In this document: piece by piece, positions 26,301-40,508 of the stretch
Layout of the letters: each line of letters opens with the position of its first letter
How positions within the stretch are numbered: position 1 is the first letter of the stretch
From: Octopus sinensis
Lineage: Eukaryota
Direction: 5' to 3'
Length of the DNA stretch: 64,000 nt
Assembly (NCBI RefSeq): GCF_006345805.1
Contig: NC_043001.1
Span: 95,728,001 to 95,792,000 of the forward strand
Notes under the pieces: model-generated
The model's database searches: none
What the model saw: the letters and a program-made list of their open reading frames with translations, nothing else
Told to the model about the DNA's origin: nothing
Position numbers and translations under genes: made by a program

Positions 26301-27509
26301 GTGTTTATGTGTCAGAGGATAGTGGTCTATATCAATCAAGTGGCCAGTTATATTTTTAAAATATTTGTTTAATTTAAGAGACTAGATTTGATTTATTAAT
26401 CATTTATCAGTGTGCTTCATCACCAGTGCGGCAAAACATATTATTGCTTCTATTTCGGTTTTGGGGGATTTTGATTTTTACCTTGTTTTACTTGTACATT
26501 GTCTGTAAATTCTTCTTTATGTCTCATTGGTTGGTTAAGTTGCAATTGCTCGAAAGACGTGCATATCAGTATAATCTAAAATGGTTTATGCATTTCTATT
26601 TCCGTAAGCAGTTTTTAAAAATAATAATCTGCTGCCGAAACGGAATGCATTACAGTGGACGGTGCTTTGCTGTGAATGTAGAAACTAGTAACTATAACAC
26701 ATTAATCCAAACGACAAACAATCCTCTGTAGTATTATAGGATAGGAAGGAAATAAAATGCTGTAGTTTCGCGAGTGGGGGCTCGTCGGTTACATGAACCC
26801 AGATTTTAACTGATATTAGAATTTTATACCAACTCGCAAGAAATGTTTTATAGAGGACATGAAACATATTAATATTTATAATTGCAGCTTCATCGTCAAA
26901 ATATTCTGTGGATGTACCGAAAATTGATAGAAAATTGGTTATGGTAAATTTGGACAACATATTATTAATGTATTGTATGCGATACATTTGGATATCACTT
27001 TATATTTCTTAACAACAAGTCGGTTTATTTGTACCCAATAATTGCATTTAGTTTTGTAATCGACTTTCATGTGGAACCTGAATTTCTTCTATTAGTTCCA
27101 GCTGGAGAGCGTTTTGGATAATGATTCAGGTGTAAGAATTTTCACTAAAATATAATATTTTTGAAGAGAGTATTAAAAAGGCCTAACAATATCCATTGTA
27201 ATAATTCTTTGAGCTTACAACAATCATAGCTTTAGTGTTAATGAAAAAGAATGCCAAAATAATTCCAGAATCAATTGTTTTTTTTTTACAGGCGACATTT
27301 ATATTAAAAATATTTCTTCATGTAGTTGTTAATATATGTAATTCAGTAGATGCATTTGCAAATTAATTTCTACAATTTCTGTCATGCACATATGGTTGTG
27401 ATGCATGTGCCTAGCGTACCCTTATCAGACGGGTAGTCATAATGTGTATACTGGGCTTCGTATATTTCACACCAGTGTCATTTTGATGGCATGCACTGCT
27501 CTTTCACTC

Positions 27510-27563
<54 letters not shown>

Positions 27564-27565
<2 letters not shown>

Positions 27566-27792
27566 AGTGCAAAAGATTGTCTTAACTGGTACATCACACG
27601 TATTGAGAAGAGCATTGTCGATGTGCTGCTCATGTATTTTAATTTAACTTTAAAAAAAAAAAGAAAAAAAATGAACGAATTACTGAGTTTGGTTTAATGG
27701 CCTACCATTGTATACTATGAGTTTCTTTGCCCTAGGAGTCGGGAAGACACTCGGCAAGAAATGGAAGCAAATTCGAAAGAAGAAAAAAAAAG
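27564..27792 (+). mobile_element. 5'-truncated R4/Dong-like LINE 3' end, family 1
   Basis: VQKIVLTGTSHVLRRALSM matches the QK....GT.HILR C-terminus of REL LINEs. It is followed by a 3' UTR and an (AAT)n tail. Confidence 0.7.
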
Positions 27793-27832
27793 TAATAATA
27801 ATAATAATAATAATAAAATAATAATAATAATT

Positions 27833-27864
<32 letters not shown>

Positions 27865-27912
27865 TGTAATAGTAATAATAATAATAATAATAATAACAAT
27901 AATAATAATAAT

Positions 27913-28045
27913 GCACACATCCTACGCAGAACAGTTTCTATACAATAACCATCAGAGCATCACAACAAATCACAGCACATACCTAAGGCACACAGGCCTG
28001 TACTCGGTAGTGATGTGAAAGCACGCTATAAAAATAAAACTACTG
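27913..28045 (+). mobile_element. 5'-truncated R4/Dong-like LINE 3' end, family 2
   Basis: AHILRRTVSIQ* followed by a 3' UTR unlike family 1 and an (AAT)n tail. Confidence 0.65.
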
Positions 28046-28063
28046 AATAATAATAATAATAAT

Positions 28064-28143
<80 letters not shown>

Positions 28144-29127
28144 ATGATGGTGATGATGATGAAGATGTAAACATGTACACAAGATATATAATGTCTTTTG
28201 CAGATAGAAACGGGCGTATTAACTTGCAGTTAATCTTGTCTGCTATTCGTCTTGTTATTCCTCATGAAATACGATCAGTTTTGCTGATATTAAACAGGAA
28301 ACTAAAATTTTTGAATGTGTGAATGAATCCTGAAAAAAATCTTGTAATGCCGTAATTGAATGAATTTTCAGGATTTTAATTTGTTGCTGATATCTATTTC
28401 TTTAAATATAAAATAATGCTGGTAATTACATTTGACAGTTACAGTTATTGATAGAAATACCTTTCTTGTTAGAAATGTATGAGATGAATGCATTCCAAAT
28501 TTTACACTGCATTAATGATGTTCTTAATACTGCTCAGGGGTGTCTAATAGGTGACATTATTCAATGTTATCGTGATTGGATTTTCACTCTGAATCGCCGG
28601 AGTGTAGAAACTGATAATTAATAGCTATGGGGAAGATTTGCATTTAGTTTTATACATGACATTCGCCATCTGCTATCGTCACTGAAGACATCAATGTCAG
28701 CTATTGATAGGAATTACTGATATTTCGCAAATTCGAAATATTTTAGTCATGTTAGGATACGCCGAAATTTTATATATTACTGTGTTTAACTTTTAATTAT
28801 ACTTACGTATACACTGCAGAACATTGCCAGGAAACCTCTATACATTACTTATGGATTTCTCCAATTACTATTGAATTTATGTCCTAGTATTTCAAATATC
28901 ACTGACTTTTCCTGTCATAAATATTCTGATTGAATTTCTCTTGTATTAATCGAGGGCCTTGCAAGTTTTTATACATTCAGCATCCTTAATTTAGTGAATG
29001 CTATTATTACTTATTACTTATTACTTTAAGTTAGAAAATAATGAAACTTAGTCCTCAATATATTTAAGCAAGCGTATGTTTGTATACATCTGGTTGTTTG
29101 TTGTGCGAGTAATTAAAGTAAAGTCGA

Positions 29128-29510
29128 GGCGCAATGGCCCAGTGGTTAGAGCAGCGGACTCGCGGTCGTAGGATCGCGGTTTCGATTCCCAGACCGGGCA
29201 TTGTGAGTGTTTATTGAGCGAAAACACCTAACGCTTGACGAGGCTCCTGCAGGGGGTGGTGGTGAACCCTGCTGTACTCTTTCACCACAACTTTCAATCA
29301 CTCTTTCTTCTTCTTCCTGTTTCTGTTGTACCTGTATTTCAAAGGGGCCAGCTTTGTCACACACTGTGTCACGCTGAATCTCCTCGAGAACTACGTTAAG
29401 GGTACACGTGTCTGTGGAGTGCTCAGCCACTTGCACGTTAATTCCAAGAGCAAGCTGTTCCATTGATCGTATCAGCTGGGACCCTCATCGTCGTAACCGA
29501 CGGAGTGCTC
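29128..29510 (+). mobile_element. tRNA-derived SINE family C, full-length
   Basis: A-box tggcccagtggtt, B-box ggtttcgattccc. The 3' end is shared with 1113-1308. Confidence 0.88.
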
Positions 29511-32409
29511 CTCTAAAATTAAAGTAAGTGGAATTATGTAACAATTTCATTTTTTAAAGAAAATGAAGAGATTGTTACTATGCATCGAACTCGAGAAACT
29601 GAGATGTTTTCATTCATGTAATGAAATTTGCTCACCTCTAACGGTTGTAAAAACAACGATGATATTTTTGTTTTCATGGCAGAGACAGGAAGTGTTTAAA
29701 TACATACGAAAAATTAATTGACAAGTGCAAAAGATATGGGATCTGCATGATGTAAACCTTTTATAAAGTCATAATCTAGTTTATATTGCAATTCACATTA
29801 CATCTGGGAATACACTGATTTAATATTTCTTAGAAAAATCATTGGGCCACCATGATATATGTTTTTCATCTGTGTTGAGTATGAAATATATTAACTAACT
29901 TTGATTGAGAATAGAAGCTAATTTGTCTTGACATGTTGTGCTAAATTTCGTCAATAAATATAAATATATCATTTCTCTTACAATTAGTTAATTATTCTCT
30001 TATTAGGTCACATAAGTTATAAATTATCATGTTGTTAATTCTGTAAATGTTCGAGACCAATTTCAGAAGGCGCTGAGTGTAGCATGTGTGTCTATCCAAT
30101 CTTCTCTTAGAAAGGTCGTATTGTTGTGACAAGGAATATAAAACGTATTCCTCAATTTGGGCCCAGCCTTGCAGATTTCTCTATAAGAAAAATAATTTAT
30201 ACAGAAAATTGTTCAAATTGAATACTGAAATTACACTGTTAAACGTGTATTGACATGTATCTGCAGCCAGTAAAGTTTGCTAATCCTTCATATATATTAT
30301 TTATTTGTATAATATATACAAGCTAATGATTTCAGTTAGATTACTAGTATCTTTATAAGCTTGCCAAAAACAATAATCATAGTGTGTCCACAAAAAGAAA
30401 AAGAAGACGCAGTAGTTCCCATTGCACAGGTTCGTTCGAAAAGCGGAATTGATTTGACAAGAAATTGGTCTGGGGGTTGACTTTATAGAACAGTAGTATT
30501 TTATCACAGAGTACTTTTTCACAAAAAGTGCACGTCGACAAATTATATTTTGTCAAAGAAAAGGTGAAGAATTAGCAATATATACTATATAATACAGGAT
30601 ACATAATTATTTCAATACCGCTTAATGCGTTTCATCAATATTCAAGACTCTCCTAAAGAAGAAATACGTTTTCAACCACGAACACCAACATATGTGTTCA
30701 GTGCGTACGAATTACGATAATTTCTTTTAGATAAACTAAACTTTCACCTATATATGGAGGGTTTTTGACGTGTATTTGATATTTCGAATAACAAAGTTAC
30801 ACGTGACAAATCACTTGTATTACAAATATTGAATTTACAATTTCTACAATGTTTCAAGATGTAAATATAAACCAGTGCATCATTAGTTACAACTTCAACA
30901 ATCATTCGTAGATTACATAATTAACAACCGATTACTCAGGTCAAAATGTGTATAGTATGAATAAAACGTGCAAAATTATGGGCATACAAAAGTTAGGAAT
31001 TTCGCTGACATTATTAATGTTACAGTTATCTTGATCCCAATCTAATTTCTATCGCAATTGTTTTTCTGCATATGGTTTCCTACATATTCCATATATATGA
31101 CATATATTTGAACCAACATATCCATTGCGCAATAATTCAAAGTTAGTAAAATCATTATTTTGGATTTATGTAATGTTTACGTCATGATAGTTGATAAAGA
31201 TTTGTTTAGAATTACAGTAATTTTTTGATAATAATTTTTCATTATAAGTAATATAACAATCAATACTAAAACACTCTGTTCCTTTGTCTTCATTGCTATG
31301 CCAATCGCATTAATCTTTGTTTTATATTTTGGTCAATGCCAAAATTAATGAAACAATTACTGTAAACAACGGGATGTTCTGAGGGTCTCTATTTGTTCGA
31401 AATAAACTTTATTCCAACGTAGAAATAATGATTACTTTTTATAAAATTCTTATGTCCTGTCACAGTATTTTTACAATACAGCGTACACAAATATACAAGA
31501 CACATCAGGAATTTCCATTCACCATTTATATGTTGTGATGTGATCATTAGCAACAAAGGAAAATAGTAGAAGGTATTTTAATATTGGAAACTAATAAATT
31601 CGTTGATATTTTATTATCATTTGGAATACATAATTATAATTATATATGCGAAATGATAACAGAATCTATCATTTATTATTATCATTATTGTTGTTGTGGT
31701 TGTTTTTGTTGTCTTATAGTGGTTCATGGAGAAAAATGGTTTTCACTTTTGAATTCGATTCCCGAAATTATTTAAATATCACGTGAATTAATCAAAGCAA
31801 TTTTTTCAAAGTGTACATGTGTTATTATTCAATTTATATTTATATTCAATTTCTATTTGCCGTTTAGAAATATATTATCTTCGCAGAATATCAATTAGCG
31901 ATCAATGAAGAGTTATCTTGCGCAATAAGAAAGCAGTTGAGAATTTCATTTAAATGATTGCATTGCATCATATTTTGTATAAAATATTATCTTTTTTTAT
32001 ACACATTTTAATCTTCTTGCGTAGAATAAATAATAAACAACTTCAATAACTGAAAAGAAGCAATGAATAATTATGTATTATTTTGAAGAATATTACTTGG
32101 TAGAATTGAAAGATTGTTCCCATAAATCGAGTACATTTTTATGTAATGGCAGTTAAGTAATACATTGGATTATTTTATCGTTTAAATCTGGAATATTTGA
32201 TTTAAAAAAAAAGTAAAGTGCTGAATGCTCTCGCTTTTGTTCATTCAGTTTTCCGGACCACTGTTCTGCCATCGACCGACGTATGTTCGTGAAAGCCTTT
32301 TATATTCAGAGAATAAGATTAAAATCCAATATAAATAAAATGCATTCCTTCAAAAAATATATCGTCTGCATGTAGTTATAAATTGAAAATAGCAAATCAA
32401 AGAATTAAT

Positions 32410-33008
32410 TTTTTTTTATTGCACACAGAAGGCTAAACATAGAGGGGACAAACAAGGACAGACAAAGGGATTAAGTCGACTATAGCGACCCCAGTGCGTA
32501 ACTGTTACTTGTTTAATCGACTCCGAAAGGCCGAAAGGTCAAGTCGACTTCGGTAGAATTTGAACTCAGAACGTATTGTCAGACGAAATGCCTATTTCTT
32601 CACTACCCACAAGGGGCTGAACACCGAGGGGACAAACAAGGACAGAAAAACGGATTAAGTCGATTATATTGATCTCAGTGTGTAACTGGTACTTATTTAA
32701 TCGACCCCGAAATGATGAAAGGCAAAGTCGACATCGGCGGAATTTGAACTCAGAACGTAGCGGCAGAGGAAATACCTATTTCTTCACTACCCACAAGGGG
32801 CTAAATACAGAGGGGACAAACAAGGACAGACAAAGGGATTAAGTCGATTATATTGACCCAAGTGCCTAACTGGTACTTAATTTATCGACCCCGAAAGGAT
32901 GAAAGGCAAAGTCGACCCTCGGCGGAATTTGAACTCAGAACGTAACGGTAGACGAAATACCGCTAAGCATTTCGCCTGGCGCGCTAGCGTTTCTGCCAGC
33001 TCGCCGCC
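32410..33008 (-). mobile_element. SINE family A head-to-tail trimer
   Basis: One full copy (32777-33008) plus two head-less units with a 184-bp period. Junctions gaaatgcctatttc and gaaatacctatttc. Confidence 0.92.
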
Positions 33009-33139
33009 CTAACCGAAAAATTAATTATCGTTTAAGATGCTTCATGCATGACCTGCGTTCATCATTATTTACTCGTAATTCTCCCGTCGATCATCATGGC
33101 CCATATTTTTTTGAGGGAAATGTGACCGGTGATGTGAAA

Positions 33140-33270
33140 TCCACCGAGGTCGACTTTGCCTTACATCCTTTAGAGGACGGTAAATTATGTGCTACTTGCG
33201 TAGTGTGATCGAGATCTTCAACTAAACCCCTCCCCAAAATGTTCAAGCCTTGTAGCTCTACGGAAATAAT
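33140..33270 (+). mobile_element. SINE family A-related fragment
   Basis: ccaccgaggtcgactttgccttacatcctt core motif. Confidence 0.55.
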
Positions 33271-34519
33271 TACTTTCTATTCATCAGCATTAGCATATTA
33301 CATGTTTGACCAATCCCAGTTATACATATATTAGTATGATATTGGTAAATCTCTTTAGAAACAGAACTTTCCCTGCGTTTATCGTAGAATTATTACCCCT
33401 CACTGTTACGCATCGTTAACAATATGGTTATACACATAATAACAACCGATTCATCGTCGAGATATAGATGTTAAAGTTAAATAAAATGAACACATAAAAG
33501 ACAATAATTGTACAATACCCTAAAAATTAGGTACTTTAGATAATAGGCATGCGGGATCAAGATTTAGCTGGGTAGCAGCCACAAGAAAATGTACACAATT
33601 CTAATTTCAATAGTATATCCTTTCGAGATTAAATCACCCACGTTTCTTATACGAATGCCACGCATTAATCAACGATAATATATTATCAACTACTTGAACC
33701 GAAGTATGTATCTATTGCGCTCAATATATTATGCGGATAAAGTACACATAAATACACCACGGAGAGGTCGTACACGACTATTATATTCAACAGCATAACA
33801 AATGCGGCCGTGAGTATGAGATTCCTACTGAGATGCATAATAAAATACGGCGAATCCATAATAAAATTTGTTTAAACGATCAGAAGGTGATATTATATTC
33901 GTATAATTTAGCATTTATTTTAGTTCATAGACGTTAAATTGTTGGGAATTATTCCATTCAAGGCAAACCAATCTGTATTTAGCTAGAACGAAAAAGAGCG
34001 TGGTGTGTTGGGAAATGGGTGAGAAAGAATAAGAAGCAATACTTTTCCTATAATGCCAGAAGGATACGTGTTTAAGTCTTTGAAGTAAACAACCAAAATA
34101 TTGTTAATTTCAAACTACCATTGAATAACTTTAATTTGTTTTGTTTTTTTTCCCCAATATATATTTTCACTTCTGTATTAATACATATTTTGTAAACCTT
34201 TTTTTTTTTTGAAATTCCCCTTTCGCTTTAATTTGTGCAAAAATTGTTGAATCTTTCGTATCTGTGAAACAACAGATGTAGATTTCGCTAAATTATACAC
34301 ATACACTCACACACACAAAGACACACACACACACGCCCGCACACAAGCAAAACGCACACACACAAATACACACACATACACATACATACATATGTACTTC
34401 TCTATATATGGTTTATATATCCATTTATACTCATAAATATATACATGCTTATGTAGGTGTCCATGCACAAAAGTTAAAGAATGTCTGTGCGTGATTGTGC
34501 GTGTGTGTGGTGATGTATG

Positions 34520-34553
<34 letters not shown>

Positions 34554-34707
34554 ATATATATATATATATATACATATATATATACATATATATACATATA
34601 TATATATCTATATATATATACATACATATATACACAGATATTTATATATATTTTAATATATATATATATATATATTATATTATATATATTTTAATATATA
34701 AAATTTA

Positions 34708-34750
<43 letters not shown>

Positions 34751-34752
<2 letters not shown>

Positions 34753-34960
34753 GCGAGCTAGCAGAAACGTTAGCACGCCAGGTGAAATGCGTAGCCGTAT
34801 TTCGTCTGCCGTTACGTTCTGGGTTCAAATTCCGCCGAGGTCGACTTTGCCTTTCATCCTTTCGGGGTCGATAAATTAAGTACCAGTTACGCATAGGGGT
34901 TGATGTAATCGACTTAATCCGTTTGTCTCCTCTGTGTTTAGCCCCTTGTGTGTAGTAAAG

Positions 34961-34965
<5 letters not shown>
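34751..34965 (+). mobile_element. SINE family A
   Basis: Full match to the family consensus, inserted in (TA)n. Confidence 0.92.
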
Positions 34966-35014
<49 letters not shown>

Positions 35015-35020
35015 TATATA

Positions 35021-35063
<43 letters not shown>

Positions 35064-35075
35064 TATATGAACACA

Positions 35076-35215
35076 TAGGCGAGGCTGTGTAGTAAGAAGG
35101 TTGCTTCTCAACCACATGGCTACGGGTTCAGTCCTACTCTGTGGCAGCTTAGTCACGTGTCTTCTACTATAACCTCGGGCCGACTAAAACATTATGAGTG
35201 GATTTGGTAGACACA
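35076..35215 (+). mobile_element. SINE family B head module only
   Basis: Matches 13211-13355. Confidence 0.8.
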
Positions 35216-35993
35216 CACAACCAAATTGTATGCATATATATATATTTATACAGAGAGAGAGAGAGAGTGAAAGAGGGAGAACGAGAGCGAGAGAAAGAGA
35301 GAGAACGAGAGCGAGAGAAAGAGAGAGAGAGAGGGAAGACAAAATATAACCACCATTGGAACTTTCAGACAAGGTACAGATTTTTTTCAAAAACATTTTT
35401 TCACCTGTTACATAGACCATTCTACATGAGTAATGGAACTGCAAATACAATATCCCTATACATCTCACTTCTATATTCCTTCTATTAATTACCACTGCAT
35501 TTCATATCTTCTCTACAATAATTAATAGGCATTTTCTCGCACCATCTCTGATGGAGGTGTACATAAAATATCACGTAAAAAGCCGTATGATATTTTCTTG
35601 ATAAATGTTATATAATCTACTGTTTTGGCCTTTTTTAATCTCATTCTGTCAACTTATATATATGCATGGTAATACATGACCCACGTTGGACACCTCACTC
35701 GTATCATTCTTGAGCCTGGAGCTTAACAATTGTCTTTACATAGCACTTACTTAGCGTTTACCCGACACCTTTTCGGGCTTCCTGACACCAATATATTTCA
35801 TAAACGATATACATATAAAAAAAAGTAGTGGAAATCCGAAAACGACGGTGCGCATGCGTTTGTATGTAAGAGCGTGTATATGCGTGTATATAGGAGCTGG
35901 TGACCTGGACGTGTGCGTGTGTGTGAGTGTGCATGCATCTATGTATTGTATCTATATATGTATAGCTATGCATTCCTGTCTCTTCCCCCTCTC

Positions 35994-36032
<39 letters not shown>

Positions 36033-36331
36033 CCAAACGTATGTACATGCATACAATCGTACATACATACTTTGGTGCAGCTTTAGTAAAAAGTATAGGT
36101 TCGTGTATCTCTAAATGTACACGTTTATAAATTGTTTTCATATGTTTCTTCGTGCTTGTGTGTAGTTTTGTTGTGTGTGCGTGTGTTTGTGTTCCTGAGT
36201 TGTGTGTATGTATGTATGCATATATATACATACCTGTATGTACATACATCTATACGTGTGTATATATATACATATATATATATACATATATATATATACA
36301 TATATATATACATATATATATACATATATAT

Positions 36332-36344
<13 letters not shown>

Positions 36345-36376
<32 letters not shown>

Positions 36377-36377
36377 T

Positions 36378-36437
<60 letters not shown>
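36345..36437. repeat. (GATA)n microsatellite
   Basis: Tetranucleotide run within a compound TA/CA block. Confidence 0.9.
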
Positions 36438-36439
<2 letters not shown>

Positions 36440-37314
36440 GTATATATATGAATATATATATGTATATATATAGAGAGAGATAGAGAGAGAGGGGGAGAGA
36501 TATATTTGACATTCGAGAGTAAGAGATAAAGAGTGAAAAACAGCAGGAGTGAAGGTGGAAAATGAGTATATAGCATACACTATATTGACGATTCATTTAT
36601 ATTCTTTTATATTCACCCTCCATTTTCGCTCTTCAAATAAAGTCTATGGGAAACACTGTTGTGCAGTGGTGTAGCTGGTATCTTCACAATATTCTCAAAT
36701 ATTAACTATGTCTACTATAGAGACCAATATCGAATACCATGGTGGGGAAAGAGATTGACATGCGCTTTATATTTTAAATTTATGCGACGATGAAATATTA
36801 CTGGCAAGAAAATATCGACGATATATCAAGTTAAGTCAAAGAATTGGGCCAACTAGAATAACGTTCGTAATAGAATGAATTTGCGAGTGTACCTCTGATA
36901 TAGTGTGTGGAATTTTATGATGTAGACTTAATACTTTCGATCGGGACAGTATATTACAGCATTTCAGTTAAAATAAAGTAAAAAGAAAATTGCGACATTA
37001 CTCAAGTTATGATCCACCCAACTTATTTTCACTTTATAAAACATGGAGTATATTAGAAGTAAATTTCAGGAAGTGCAACCCTTGAATATTACGAAGTATC
37101 TACTGTAAAAATGCAGAGGTATCTGCTGAAGTATAATAGAACATTAATACTATTAGGAAAGGAAAGTAATGAAACAAAATAAAACTCATTTCACTTCAAG
37201 TAAAGAAAAAGTAGAAAATGCATGACAACAGATATATGAAGAGAAAAGTATAACGATAGATATTATGTAAAGATTGATATATAATTAAAAATTTTGGTGG
37301 AGGGGTTAATTCTT

Positions 37315-37472
37315 TTACATCGACACCTCTCCACAACTGTACTTATTTTATCGACACCAAAAGAATGAGCGCCTATGTCCACCTCGGTGGAATTAGGATT
37401 GAGAGTGTAAAGAGGGACGAAATATCGCTAAGCATTTTGCCTGTCGTTCTAATGATTCTGAGAGCTCGCTAG
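37315..37472 (-). mobile_element. Degenerate SINE family A
   Basis: gtacttatttt-atcgac...gacgaaatatcgctaagcattttgcc motifs. Confidence 0.6.
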
Positions 37473-37903
37473 CTTAATAATGATAATAATAATTAACACG
37501 TCAATTACGAAATTAATATATTGCTGATGAACACAAAAATGCCAAACACCCCTGTAATACCAGGTCTGTTAAGTGTTTGAGGACACCATAGATAAGACTT
37601 TAGTTTATACTCTGTAATCCGCTTGTGATTTGTGGAAGTCGATAAAATATTACCCATGTTCTATATATTTTGCAGAAAAAAATGATATATTTGTGTAAAG
37701 TGCAGCTAATTGGGAATGTTGCTATTAACGTCAACAGCAACACAGAAATGAAAAATCTCAGCAGGCAAGTATTGATTACCACACTCAGCGATATTGAAAG
37801 CACTCAATATAAATTGATCAGCTACTTTACGACCATGATATGTCGACTATAACATTTCAAAATAGAAACTATCAAAATAACTAATACGTAAAGCAAACGT
37901 AAA

Positions 37904-37960
37904 GGTTACGGATAAATTATGAATCATCTCTTCTATACAGATGAACTGAAACTATTTGCA
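37904..37960 (+). pseudogene. Tiny reverse transcriptase remnant, R4/Dong-like
   Basis: GYG*IMNHLFYTDELKLFA resembles the INHLFYMDDLKLYA catalytic motif. Confidence 0.5.
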
Positions 37961-39374
37961 TGTAGAAATACTCTACGAAATATTATTCAGAAAATCACAC
38001 AGGCTATGAAAGGTAGGATTAATCGAGATGGATATGTCATAACTACAATGATAGGCAAAAGCTAACTAAATGTAGGAACATTAAATCAGATTATTCGAAA
38101 TCAGAAAATTATGATCTGTCCGCCTTTGCTCATGTTGGCTTACGTAAAATCCTACCCTCTGCATCCAAGAGTAATTCTTTGAAATAGATTAAGTTTTGAA
38201 GTAAAGCATTCAGAGTCGAACACTGGAAGAGTAGTATAGAATTTTCAGACTTGATGATACACATTTCATCAACGTTCGAAATATCCGTGATACAGTGGTT
38301 CAAAACCACACGTTGAAACTTCTAGGCTTTTTACATGAAACAGTCAGGTCATCCTCATTGAGCGCATACTAAGTTAGATAGTACAAGAGGCATACGAGTG
38401 TAAACAGGACTGGATATTTTAACTGAAGCAACGGTGGAATCAAAAGTGCCAAGTATTTTTTTTTTCCTGGGATACGTCGTGGCGGAAAATCATAAAGTGG
38501 AATGGAATACAACTTTCAACTTTTCTATAAAATGTGATAAGATAATATAGAGTTCACAATAGATTATTTTACCCAATGAAATTAACACCGCATTTTACAC
38601 ATCCTGGACACACTCAAAGAAAATTCTCGTAAATACATTATCCCTCTGTTCCTCACCCTTTCCCTCATTAATTCTCTCTCTCACCCACTCTCTTCTACAC
38701 ACACACAATGTTGTACATACACGCTGACTTATAACTACCTGTTTCTGCTTATCTATCGTCACTCTAATTTTACATATAATTGATATTGTGTTCTTTGTCG
38801 ATCGTCAATCTACCGGAAATTTATTTATCCTCATTTTTATTCACCTGATTCATTATCCGATATGAATTTCAGACACGTTATAATACTTACATTTGCCTGT
38901 TAATTCCCTCCCTTTATCTTAGTATTCTATAGAGAAGAGGTGAATACGCACGGGGCAATTTAATTAATTCTATCATACGGTTTAAGGCATTGATATAGTA
39001 TATACACACGCGCACACACACACACATATAATGGAACAAAATGCAATAGAGAACAATAAAATATTCGGACAGATAGACGATACCAAGGCGGACAAGAGAA
39101 ACAACAATTAGAAGGAGAGGTAAAGACAGATGGTTCATTTGCCGCCTTCATTACTCAGTCAAGTTGCCAGAAGTCCTTACTATTTCGGGTAGTTATACTT
39201 GAGACAGTTCGATTTGGTTACCCCCTCCCCCCAAAAAGAATGTCTAAGCTGAGAGCTTTAGGCTTTTATGTAAGAAAGCTAGCGAATGTCTTCGGCAACA
39301 ATGACACAAAAATGGAGGATGTGGTACATGTATGTATGTATATATATATATATATATAGATAGATAGATAGATA

Positions 39375-39530
39375 CAGAGCTGGGCGTAAGACCGTCAATC
39401 TGTTAATCGTTAATTAATGAAGGTGACATTTTCAGTAAAGATTTAACCTTTAAGTTATCTTTGAAAATCATTATCGAATTAATTAACTTTCGTTACATCT
39501 AACTTCCGTTAACTCAAGTCCGTTAACCCC
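39375..39530 (+). mobile_element. Possible DNA-transposon (hAT-like) terminus
   Basis: cagagctgggc followed by repeated cgttaa subterminal motifs. No matching opposite TIR was found. Confidence 0.25.
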
Positions 39531-40362
39531 AAAATTTCATCAAAACCAGTAAACATTTAAAAGTCTCTATTGTTTTTAGATTCAGTATTTTATGCGTTAT
39601 TCTTTCAGACATTATTAGGCCCTTTAAAATTTTAAACTATAAAATCAGCATTTTTTACACACTAAAGCGGAAAAAAAACTACAGAGCGAGGTTTGGGTAT
39701 GTGCTAGAATCAACAGCCAGATATCCTTTAATTCATACATTTCCCTCTGAAATTATTAACAACTTATTTTATTAAACCGAAAATATTGCTCTCAAGTGGT
39801 TTCAGTGCATAGTGAAAAGAAAGTGATCAAAATCGTATCGGATTGTGGTGGAGAGTAGGTGGTGGGTGTAAATTTTTTTCTTTCGCTTTCTTCTGAAGAA
39901 TTTCGTGAAAGACATTGGAAATAATCCCCGTCAAAATGAAGAAATTACAATATATAGGGAACTCCGTTTTCCAGTAAACTCCATCCCCATACGCACCCTT
40001 CCAAAAATTTTGACAAGTAATATCTTTGTAATCGTAATCAACACCGTTTCAAAGGTATTTGCATAACATTTTATTAAAAAATGCCTATTTTCCAGAAAGT
40101 TATGAGATGGAAAATGTCGGGTCCCAAGCATCCGGAAAAGGTTTGCAACAAATCTTTACAAAAACTCAATCTACAGGATATAAGCGATTATATGGGGAAA
40201 TTTTTGCTAAGAAGTATCGATTATCCTGGAACTTAGGAGACAACAAATTCGGTGGGGTTTGAAACTGTAGATATGCCTTATTTCAATAAAGATCTTCCGT
40301 TTACAGATTCGTTACATTTTCAAAGCATTAACGGAGTGAGGATTAACGACGTTAAATTTATG

Positions 40363-40395
<33 letters not shown>

Positions 40396-40399
<4 letters not shown>

Positions 40400-40475
40400 T
40401 TTGAGGGAAAATTAATCCTAACTTACAGGGAAAAAAATTAAATTCAGAGATACTAAGTCAAATTTCACACAATAT
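40396..40475 (+). mobile_element. PLE ORF-end remnant in (TA)n
   Basis: aacttacaggg...aaatttcacac is shared with 16175-16240 and with the 53050-53115 minus strand. Confidence 0.55.
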
Positions 40476-40476
40476 A

Positions 40477-40500
<24 letters not shown>

Positions 40501-40508
<8 letters not shown>

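Larger units (their letters stand above)
27510..28143. repeat. (AAT)n microsatellite split by two LINE insertions
   Basis: (AAT)n at 27510-27563, 27793-27912 and 28046-28143. Confidence 0.9.

Noticed and set aside
19508-26943. Plus-strand exon-like segments (~19508-19557, 22812-22881, 23909 onward, ~26890-26943)
   Set aside because: Splice signals are mixed or weak, the joined peptide resembles nothing I recognise, and such pseudo-exons are expected by chance in AT-rich DNA.
26685-26987. 100-aa minus-strand ORF in unique DNA
   Set aside because: No recognisable motif or splice context, and the length is within chance expectation.
28679-28720. CTGAAGA plus hairpin, HHR-like
   Set aside because: GAAA is replaced by GAAT and no stem III can form.
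32410-33008. Regularly spaced repeats suggesting a CRISPR or satellite array
   Set aside because: The units are whole SINE bodies without unique spacers, in a eukaryotic context.
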